64,000 bases of DNA from the NCBI GenBank assembly GCA_905479265.1, contig CAJQLX010000014.1:9082-73081 (forward strand), read 5' to 3'. The notes under the pieces were generated by a model. That model did not search any database. It was not told the DNA's origin and saw nothing but the letters and a program-made list of their open reading frames with translations. Source of the DNA: an uncultured Alphaproteobacteria bacterium. GTDB lineage: Bacteria > Pseudomonadota > Alphaproteobacteria > UBA7985. The position numbers and the translations under genes are program-made. This document shows positions 9,783 through 17,076 of this stretch, piece by piece (the stretch's first letter is position 1; every line of letters starts with the position of its first letter).

Positions 9783-10280
9783 ATGCGTAAGTTTGTTATC
9801 GCGATCGCTGCCCTGGCTATTTCTGCTGCTCCAGCGCACGCGCAGTTCGAAGATTTTGCTGGCTCCGAAGGTTTCGCTGGCTTTAACGGCAACACTGCTA
9901 ACGCAGGTTGTGTATCCGGTGCTTCCGGTTCCGCTATGTGGGGCATGGGCGCTACAGGCTGTACTGCTACCGCTGGTGGCGAATACCAGAGCCAGAACTA
10001 CAGCGTTCAGGGCGGCCAGATCGAAGGTCAAGTTGGCGGCGGTTACTCCAACGCTTCTGGCTTCAACTCTTCCATCAGCTCTGTCTGGAATGCAAACGGT
10101 AGCGGTGAAAAGACCGGCGGCAACACCATCGGTGGCTCCAACTCCGGTAGCTCAGCTAATGGCGTAACCTACAGCGGTTCCGTATGGGGTTCCTTCGAGC
10201 AGGGCAGCGCAAACAGCTTCTCTGGCTCTTCCAATGTCACCACGAATAGCTGGTTCAGCAACGCTGCTGGCGCTGACTAA
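9783..10280 (+). CDS. secreted Gly/Ser/Asn-rich low-complexity protein (165 aa precursor), function unknown
   Basis: Strong SD. Sec signal MRKFVIAIAALAISAAPAHA|QF. The mature part has about 32 Gly, 27 Ser and 15 Asn of ~145 residues (hand count), 2 Cys and a single basic residue. Ala codons are almost all GCT. Confidence 0.85.
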   Translation: MRKFVIAIAALAISAAPAHAQFEDFAGSEGFAGFNGNTANAGCVSGASGSAMWGMGATGCTATAGGEYQSQNYSVQGGQIEGQVGGGYSNASGFNSSISSVWNANGSGEKTGGNTIGGSNSGSSANGVTYSGSVWGSFEQGSANSFSGSSNVTTNSWFSNAAGAD

Positions 10281-10323
10281 TATGCTGGCATCTCAGCTCT
10301 TGGTCTAAAGGGCTGACGGTACG

Positions 10324-10354
10324 GGTTCCAGAGTCATTTGATGGCTCTGGAACC
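10324..10354 (+). terminator. stem-loop downstream of the Gly/Ser/Asn-rich protein gene (possible partial terminator or mRNA stabiliser)
   Basis: GGTTCCAGAG (10324-10333) pairs with CTCTGGAACC (10345-10354) across an 11-nt loop. There is no U-tract. Confidence 0.4.
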
Positions 10355-10571
10355 ATCACCCTTCACAGGCTCCCAAAGCCTGAAAAATGCAGCCAAACGC
10401 GCTGTGAACGACCCAAAAAAACAAGTCCGAAATCAGGGACCAAACCTTCCCGGCACACACAGCGACTCCCGATGTTAGCCAGATAGCACCGGGTCATTAA
10501 AGGCGTCGTCAAGAAGCCGCCAGATGAACAGTCGAGCCGATCGAGCGATCAGACAATTTCGGGGAACGAAA

Positions 10572-11081
10572 ATGACACATGCTTTAGTCCACCGCCACGG
10601 ACGCCGACCTCAACATCAGCAAAATTCAAGACGAAACATGGCTTTTGTTGTGAAATCCAAGCTTGTGTTGATTTTGATGGCGTGCTTCGCGACGCCGGTG
10701 GCCCAGGCTCAAACCGCTTCTTTTGCCTTTGGTCAGGGCGGTTTCGCACCAACGGCCTATGGCAGTGATGGCATATTCAACGAATGCGCTGGCGTGATCC
10801 ACGGATACGGCGCCAGCGAGTGTCTGAGCGAAACCTACCTCGAAGGGGGCCAAGGCGCTACCTTGACTCAGCACCAAACGCTGAATGGCACGGCTGGCTA
10901 TGTCCTGCCGATGCAAGGTGCGGCTGGGGCTGCGGCTTCGTTCAATCGCTATGGCAATGGCGCATCAGCGACGACGTGTGCGCTCTCACAAAATAACAGC
11001 GTCACAAATTGCACGACGGGGGCTTATGCCTCTGCCCACGGTGCATTCGCCAAAACATCCTTCGGATCTGCGAGGAACTAA
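10572..11081 (+). CDS. secreted Gly/Ala/Thr/Gln-rich protein with 4 Cys, function unknown
   Basis: ATG 10572 has a GGGGAA SD. The hydrophobic signal core MAFVVKSKLVLILMACFATPVAQA|QT begins at the internal Met at 10638, which is an alternative start. The stop lies 2 nt before the next gene. Confidence 0.7.
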   Translation: MTHALVHRHGRRPQHQQNSRRNMAFVVKSKLVLILMACFATPVAQAQTASFAFGQGGFAPTAYGSDGIFNECAGVIHGYGASECLSETYLEGGQGATLTQHQTLNGTAGYVLPMQGAAGAAASFNRYGNGASATTCALSQNNSVTNCTTGAYASAHGAFAKTSFGSARN

Positions 11082-11083
11082 AA

Positions 11084-12832
11084 ATGCTGAATAAGAAGAA
11101 TTTTTCCGTTCGGGCTTTGCTCGGCGCAGGCTTCCCCCTGCTCGCTTCCTTGACTTTTGCAGGCGCGCAAACGGTTCCTATCCATTCGTATTCCGCCGCC
11201 TCTTACCCCGCTACGACGCCCTATTATGCTCCCGTATCAACCGTGGGATACAGCACGATTTCTCCAACCATCGTACCCGCAACCGCGACCTACGATGTGC
11301 TGTACAATACCTATGCAGCCACGCCGCCGACTGCTGCGCCCATCCAACCGTGTCCGGTTTTGAATGACTATGACGCCTACTTTGCTCAGCTTTATGGACA
11401 TGCAAGTGGCGCCTCTGCAAACGGATGCGTAACCTCCAATCCAACCGTTTACCCCACTGTCGTTCCCTACCAGCCGCAACCAGCCCTTCCTCAGCCGCCC
11501 CTGCCCGTGGTGCACTATGGCCAATCTGTGCCGCAGCAAAGTTACGGCGTTGTCCAAGCGCCGGCTGTGCCAGTGCGCAAATTTGCGCCTCAACCGGTTG
11601 TGGTGACGACCACACAGCAACAAGCAGCGACAACCAGTGCCGCCGCTGTTGAAGCCGCCGTCGCCAGCGCCGTGCAATCTGCGCCAGAACCACAGGCCGC
11701 AGCCTCATCGCCGCAAAGCCGGTTCCGCTTTTCGACAAACCTGGCCCTGCAATTGGGGTACGAGGCGCGCTATGACATTCAACCCGCACCAACGCAGCTT
11801 CATTACGATGGCTTTGCCAGCCTTTCCATCGATCGGCGCAATGGCACTTACACCGCGCAAACGCAGGTTGAAGACCCCAACGCGACGCTGTCCAAGGCGT
11901 ACTTGAACGCTCAAGCGCCAAGTGCTGGCGACTTCGTGGCACAGGCAGCGCTGGCCGACCAATATGGGAACAGCTTGGACGTCTACCTCGACTCGCAAGG
12001 TGGCACTGTTCCAGTCACCATCGTCCGAAACCCGACCTCCCTCGCAGGAAGCAGCACAGCCAGTGCTACCGGCGAATACGTGGGCGATTCGTGGTCCGTC
12101 GGTGCGACTGTTGGTGTCGATTTCACACCGAGTTTCAGCGCCCAAGCCCCTACGCTTGCTTCCGCCAGTGCGTTCGTGAACACAAACTACGGAACCCTGA
12201 GCGTGGGTCGAGGCCTTGGTTTGCCGTACTCAACACGCGCCTATGAGGTGATTTCGGGCGGCGGTTACAGCTTTGCAGACTTGGGAACCTACCAAGCCAG
12301 CTACGTTAGCCCCGTTGTTGCCAATACCCGTGTTGGCGTTGTTGCAGGGCTCCAGACGCGGCAATTCGCGGGAACGGCTGAATATCAAACCACGCGCGGC
12401 AATAACCAATTCCGCGCCGGTGCTTACGCCGATACCGCGCGGTCCATTCAGGGTGAATTGGGCTACACCCGAGCGCTGGGCAACCAGCGTTTTGTCGGCG
12501 GAACCGTCTATGCCGGTCGCGACGGCAGCGGAGAGTCGTTCTACGGCGTGCAGGGTAACATCGACGTGGGTCGCCATTCATTGCAGGCCAACGCAACCCG
12601 CGTTCGGTCGAACAACCTGACGATTGCTTACGGCAGTGACGTTACCGAACAGGCTGTTTTAGGCGTTGAAATCAATGACAAGGAAAGCTTCAATCAGCAG
12701 AGCCAGCTAAACTTGGAATACAGCTTCCAGGCAACGCCAAACCTGCAGCTCTACGCCAACGCTGAATGGATTGACCACAAATACTACGGCTCCACTCAAG
12801 CAGCGGGCGGCGGCATTCGCGCGTCGTTCTAG
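11084..12832 (+). CDS. porin-like outer-membrane beta-barrel protein with a ~200-aa Pro/Gln/Tyr/Thr-rich N-terminal extension
   Basis: GAGGAA SD. Signal MLNKKNFSVRALLGAGFPLLASLTFAGA|QT. The low-complexity region includes VPYQPQPALPQPPLPVV. The C-terminal ~370 aa shows alternating amphipathic patterns and ends ...GGGIRASF, a terminal-Phe outer-membrane-protein (OMP) beta-signal. Confidence 0.8.
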   Translation: MLNKKNFSVRALLGAGFPLLASLTFAGAQTVPIHSYSAASYPATTPYYAPVSTVGYSTISPTIVPATATYDVLYNTYAATPPTAAPIQPCPVLNDYDAYFAQLYGHASGASANGCVTSNPTVYPTVVPYQPQPALPQPPLPVVHYGQSVPQQSYGVVQAPAVPVRKFAPQPVVVTTTQQQAATTSAAAVEAAVASAVQSAPEPQAAASSPQSRFRFSTNLALQLGYEARYDIQPAPTQLHYDGFASLSIDRRNGTYTAQTQVEDPNATLSKAYLNAQAPSAGDFVAQAALADQYGNSLDVYLDSQGGTVPVTIVRNPTSLAGSSTASATGEYVGDSWSVGATVGVDFTPSFSAQAPTLASASAFVNTNYGTLSVGRGLGLPYSTRAYEVISGGGYSFADLGTYQASYVSPVVANTRVGVVAGLQTRQFAGTAEYQTTRGNNQFRAGAYADTARSIQGELGYTRALGNQRFVGGTVYAGRDGSGESFYGVQGNIDVGRHSLQANATRVRSNNLTIAYGSDVTEQAVLGVEINDKESFNQQSQLNLEYSFQATPNLQLYANAEWIDHKYYGSTQAAGGGIRASF

Positions 12833-12838
12833 GCCGGT

Positions 12839-12886
12839 AAAAAACCCGCTGAGACGCGTTCTGCAAGATGCGTCTCAGCGGGATTT
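12839..12886. terminator. bidirectional rho-independent terminator between the barrel gene and dadA
   Basis: An A6 run, then the 13-bp stem CCCGCTGAGACGC (12845-12857) / GCGTCTCAGCGGG (12870-12882), then ATTT. On the minus strand the stem is followed by T6. Confidence 0.85.
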
Positions 12887-12914
12887 AGAAAGGGTGCACC
12901 GGCGCGGACAACGC

Positions 12915-14132
12915 CTAAGCTGCCATCCGGCTTCCAACCAAATCCGCGACCAGCGACGACGTCGCCGCAGACAGCGTCCACCCCAAATGCCCATGTCCAG
13001 TATTATAGAAGACACCTGGCGCGCGACCCGCACGAACCACCGGCATCATGTCAGGCATCATCGGGCGCAAACCAGCCCACGGCACATACGAGCGCGTGGA
13101 CATGTTCGGGAACAATTCCTGACACCAATCCAACAAGGGATCGATCCGAGCCTGTCGAATATCGCGGCTGAAACCATTGATTTCAGCGGTGCCAGCAACC
13201 CGGAAGCGATCCTCACCCAACCGGCTGGCAACAATCTTGGTTTCATCATCGAGCAGACTGACCCACGGCGCGGCGTCACGGTCGCTTTGTTCGCGCAGGT
13301 TTACGGTGATTGAGTACCCTTTAACCGGATAAACATTCAGCCGATCACCCAGTTGGGACGCAAATTTTCGGCTGGAAACGCCGCTGCACACGACAACGCC
13401 GTCATAGCGCGCTGAACCGTGCTCCGCCGTGCGCACTTCGACACCGCCATCTTTCAGATGCTTGAGCGCTTCAATGTCGCTGTTGAACTGCGCCTTCATG
13501 CCCTTTTTCTCGCAAACCTGCTCCAGCTGAGCGGTAAACTCATGGATGTCGCCGGTCATATCGGATTCGGTGAAAAATCCACCATGAAGCGCGCCCTGCA
13601 CGGTCGGCTCAATGGCGCGGATTTGGTCGGGTGAAATCGCCTGTCGATCCAATCCGCCTTCCGACAGCAAATCATTGACCCGCAAAGCGTGCTCATAGTT
13701 CTGACGCTGGCGATAAACATGCAGGATACCGCGCTTTTCCAAGGCAAAATCCAAGCCTTCGGCCTCGGCGATGCGCAGCAACTCTGCACGGGCTTCCAGC
13801 GCCAAGCGAACCGTGGACACCGTGTTGCCGCGGTAGTTCCGCATCGCCAGCAAAAACTCAGTCATCCATGCATACTTATGATAACTCGGCATGGGATTCA
13901 GCAACAGCGGCGCACCGGGCTGGACCATCCATTTGATGCCCTTGAGAATACTGGACCAGTGATTCCAAACCTCGGCGTTTGAGGCGGAAAGCTGTCCGCC
14001 ATTGGCGTATGAGGTTTCCATGGCGGCATAGCGCTGACGCTCAAAAAGCGTAACGTCAAAGCCGCGATTTAACAGTTGATAAGCCGTGGTTACGCCTGTG
14101 ATCCCGGCGCCAATAACAGCAATAGATGGCAT
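12915..14132 (-). CDS. dadA: D-amino acid dehydrogenase (DadA) family FAD oxidoreductase
   Basis: GAGITG dinucleotide fold, plus METSYANGGQLS and IKWM segments typical of DadA. Confidence 0.85.
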   Translation of the reverse strand: MPSIAVIGAGITGVTTAYQLLNRGFDVTLFERQRYAAMETSYANGGQLSASNAEVWNHWSSILKGIKWMVQPGAPLLLNPMPSYHKYAWMTEFLLAMRNYRGNTVSTVRLALEARAELLRIAEAEGLDFALEKRGILHVYRQRQNYEHALRVNDLLSEGGLDRQAISPDQIRAIEPTVQGALHGGFFTESDMTGDIHEFTAQLEQVCEKKGMKAQFNSDIEALKHLKDGGVEVRTAEHGSARYDGVVVCSGVSSRKFASQLGDRLNVYPVKGYSITVNLREQSDRDAAPWVSLLDDETKIVASRLGEDRFRVAGTAEINGFSRDIRQARIDPLLDWCQELFPNMSTRSYVPWAGLRPMMPDMMPVVRAGRAPGVFYNTGHGHLGWTLSAATSSLVADLVGSRMAA

Positions 14133-14350
14133 AGCTCAGTCCCCTTCGACCGCTATGCCCCCTCCGTCTTCTTTGCCTGAGAGTTTCGAACCAACACCCG
14201 TTGTGGGGCCAGCTCTTGCTCCTTCGGCGGGTGGTGCTCCACCTCTCTCCGGAGTGTTTTACCAAGGACGGTACGGGTGCCTGAGAGATTCCGGGGCGGT
14301 TGCTCCTTCGGCGGTTCCGGCAGGGCCGAAACGCTCTCCCATCCTTGGGG
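14133..14350 (-). promoter_or_regulatory. tandem glycine riboswitch (two aptamers plus expression platform)
   Basis: Minus-strand RNA aptamer 1 (14263-14348): CAAGGAUGGGAGAG...GCCGAAGGAGCAA...UCUCUCAGGCACC...UCCUUG. Aptamer 2 (14162-14254): CUCCGGAGAG...CGCCGAAGGAGCAA...ACUCUCAGGCAAAGAAGACGGAG. A GGCAUAGC...GCUAUGCC hairpin then encloses the SD and start codon. Confidence 0.9.
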
Positions 14351-14499
14351 ATGACTAAGGCGTAAACCAAACGTTCCGCGGCAGCAAGTCCAGCGTCAGC
14401 ATAAACGGCGAAAAGACCCAACACAGAGCCCGGCAACGCTTTCCCAACAGCTGCGCGCAAAAGGACGCACATCCTCTCAGCTTGCATTCGGAGTCGCAT

Positions 14500-14571
14500 T
14501 TTACACCTTTATGTAGCATTTCTCAATCTTATCATTAATTTCTATTTCTATACTTATTTTAGAGTTGTGAT
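14500..14571 (+). promoter_or_regulatory. AT-rich putative promoter region of the cadherin-domain protein gene
   Basis: A run of AT-rich sequence (...ATCATTAATTTCTATTTCTATACTTATTTTAGAG...) immediately upstream of ATG 14572. No defined -35/-10 can be assigned. Confidence 0.3.
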
Positions 14572-16188
14572 ATGCGATTTTTCAAAAAGTCAGGGGCTTC
14601 ATTGGCCCGCAGCGTTGTCCTGAGCCTTGGGCTGTTTTCCACGCATCAGCAGACCCTTGCCCGCACTGTTGATACCTTTGTCGAAATCAAAGGCGCGTCG
14701 CTGCTCACGCCGGGCCAAAGCGGGCTTCAGGTAATCCGTCTCAACGATCGCGCGACGTTGCAGGTGGAGCCTGAGGACATCGTTGTGCGCGACGGCACGG
14801 TGTTCTTAAAGGAACAGATTGCCCACTCAGCTGGAATTCCCAGCACGGACCTCGGCATGCTGTTGGAAATGGTGGAGGCGGAACAGGGCCATCAAACGGC
14901 GAGCCACGGTCAACTTGGCACGATCGCCTCAACGGTGGGTATGGTCGCGGGGACACTGGTGGTGTCCTCGGCTATGGACGACTTGTCAGACGATCTTTTG
15001 ACACTTTCCACCACCGCTTTGGATACCTTGAGCGACGACAGCGCAGAGGAAGCGTTGGACGCGGAAGAGGAAACCCAGACCGAGACTCCTGAGGAAACGC
15101 CGACCAATAACCCACCCACCTTTGGCGAAGCGCCAACGGGGGGCGCGGCCAGTGAGAGCGCGGCGACGGGGAGCGCGGTTGGTGCCGTGGTCCAAGCGAC
15201 TGATCCAGAAAACACAGCCATCGCCTATACAATCGCCGAGCAGGAGATTGATGGTGCGTTCAGCGTGGACGCCTTGAGCGGTGTTATCCGCGTCGCAGAC
15301 CCCAGCAAGCTGAATTTTGAAAGCAACGATGCGCTTGATGTCACCATCGCTGCCACGGATGCTGGCGGGGAAAGCGTCGAGCAGACCGTAACAATTGCCA
15401 TTTTGGACGACCCAACGGACACGCTATCCACCACGCCCCTTTCCGTGGTTTCCCACCCTGAGTTCAGCTCCGGCGCGCTTGTTCTCAGTGATGTTGACGA
15501 TGGCACTGTTTACTTTGGTCATGCAGGCATCGAAAGCACGAGCAATCAGGCGGAGATCGCGCTGTATGTTAGACCCTTCGAGTATCTCAACCGCGAGATA
15601 TATGGCCTTAACCCCGAATATGACCTAACGGCCCCCGGCTTTACGGCTTTGGCTGAAATCAATACCGGCGAGCTGCAAAACGGCCTGCTGACGCTGACCA
15701 GCACCGTGGAAAACCCAAACAACACGTTGCAATTCACCGTCGACACGGGTGATTTTAGCGGAGAAACCGCGTTCCTGTCCCCAGCGCGGATTAAGACGGT
15801 TGATCGGGGGATATCGGGCACCCCCGAGGAAACCTATACCTTGGCCGATGGCACCATCACGAAATTGGGCGACGGTGGATTCACCCAAACCAATGTCGCC
15901 TTTGATATTGGCGCTGGTGATCTTTGGCACTTGGCGGACATTTCAGGTGACGGCGTGGCTGATCTGATCATCAAAACAGCCGGGGTGGGCGAAGCGGTGG
16001 TTTATGAAAACCTCGGGACCACTTTTGACACGGATGTCATGAGTGAAACGCTGTTCACCGGCGTCGATCTTGACGCGCTGGCTGGGGGCCGGGCGCTCGA
16101 CATTTCTGTGCGCGAGCATTTCACGGACGGCAATCTCAGCGTCATGCTGTTGGGCGAGACTGAGACGTATCTGTACGAGCTAACCTAG
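14572..16188 (+). CDS. large secreted or surface protein with a bacterial cadherin-like repeat and an FG-GAP/VCBS-like C-terminal region
   Basis: N-terminal signal-like segment, an internal hydrophobic helix and an acidic linker (DDLSDD...EEETQTETPEETP). Cadherin hallmarks are NNPPTF, ATDPENTAIAYTI, FSVDALSGVIRVA and LDVTIAATDAGG...VTIAILDD. DISGDGVADLII resembles FG-GAP. Confidence 0.7.
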   Translation: MRFFKKSGASLARSVVLSLGLFSTHQQTLARTVDTFVEIKGASLLTPGQSGLQVIRLNDRATLQVEPEDIVVRDGTVFLKEQIAHSAGIPSTDLGMLLEMVEAEQGHQTASHGQLGTIASTVGMVAGTLVVSSAMDDLSDDLLTLSTTALDTLSDDSAEEALDAEEETQTETPEETPTNNPPTFGEAPTGGAASESAATGSAVGAVVQATDPENTAIAYTIAEQEIDGAFSVDALSGVIRVADPSKLNFESNDALDVTIAATDAGGESVEQTVTIAILDDPTDTLSTTPLSVVSHPEFSSGALVLSDVDDGTVYFGHAGIESTSNQAEIALYVRPFEYLNREIYGLNPEYDLTAPGFTALAEINTGELQNGLLTLTSTVENPNNTLQFTVDTGDFSGETAFLSPARIKTVDRGISGTPEETYTLADGTITKLGDGGFTQTNVAFDIGAGDLWHLADISGDGVADLIIKTAGVGEAVVYENLGTTFDTDVMSETLFTGVDLDALAGGRALDISVREHFTDGNLSVMLLGETETYLYELT

Positions 16189-17057
16189 CCCGGCAGCGTC
16201 GTTTGCGCGCCCATGACCCCGCACACGCGCGCAGCATAGGCGTTCGCCGTGGCCACCCCTGCGGCAAGATCTTCGCCAGCGGCGATCGCAGCGGCCAAAG
16301 CGCCAACAAAGGCGTCGCCCGCGCCGGTTGTGTCCACCACAGCTGTGGGAACCGCAGCGACAGAGATTGGATCAGCGCCCGCACGATACAAGCACGCCCC
16401 TTCCGCCCCCAACGTCAGCACGACAGCGCCAACACCAAGGCCAAGCAAACTGTTGGCTTTTTCCCCATCGCTCGCGTCGGCGGATGCTGGGGCTGCCATT
16501 GTGAGTTCGTGTTCGTTGACGACCAGAATATCGATGTTTGCAAGCTCGGCCCCGTTCAGCGCATGGGCCGGTGCTGCGTTGTGGATGACCGTCGAACCGG
16601 TTTGCTTGGCGGCGGCGTGCGCGGCAGCGGTTTGCGACCAACTGATTTCGTTTTGCGTCACCAAGGCATCGGATGTGGCCAATAGGGGCACGTCGGACGC
16701 AGCGGCACTGGCGTTTGCGCCGGAAACCACGACAATCTGATTCTCGCCTTTGGCGTCAACCGCGATCATGGCAAGGCCAGAGGCACCGTCGCGGGTTTTC
16801 ACCGCTGCGACATCGACGCCGTCAGCGGATAATTGACGCAGGGAAACCGCCTCTAAACCATCGGAACCAATGGCGCCAACCATGCTGGTGCGTGCCGCGT
16901 TTCGCGCAGCGGCCAGCGCTTGATTCGCGCCTTTGCCGCCGGGCAGCGCTTCATAGTGGTCGGTTTTGATGGTTTCACCCGGTCCGGGCAACCGCTCGAC
17001 CTGCGCGACGTAATCCACGTTCACTGAACCAAAGACGACGATTTTGCTCATGCTCAT
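16185..17057 (-). CDS. rbsK: ribokinase
   Basis: GSVNVDY, PGGKGANQA and DTTGAGDAF motifs. Confidence 0.85.
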   Translation of the reverse strand: MSMSKIVVFGSVNVDYVAQVERLPGPGETIKTDHYEALPGGKGANQALAAARNAARTSMVGAIGSDGLEAVSLRQLSADGVDVAAVKTRDGASGLAMIAVDAKGENQIVVVSGANASAAASDVPLLATSDALVTQNEISWSQTAAAHAAAKQTGSTVIHNAAPAHALNGAELANIDILVVNEHELTMAAPASADASDGEKANSLLGLGVGAVVLTLGAEGACLYRAGADPISVAAVPTAVVDTTGAGDAFVGALAAAIAAGEDLAAGVATANAYAARVCGVMGAQTTLPG

Positions 17058-17076
17058 TTTCTCCGCTGTGGCTGGG

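Noticed and set aside
10524-11083. Over-extended N-termini in track ORFs. Examples are 10524, 11009, 2924-3493, 3520-4512, 4420, 25979, 30674, 37431-38771, 42615-42926, 47847 and 57904.
   Set aside because: The upstream portions lack family similarity and overlap neighbouring genes. Internal starts with SD sequences and canonical N-termini were used instead.
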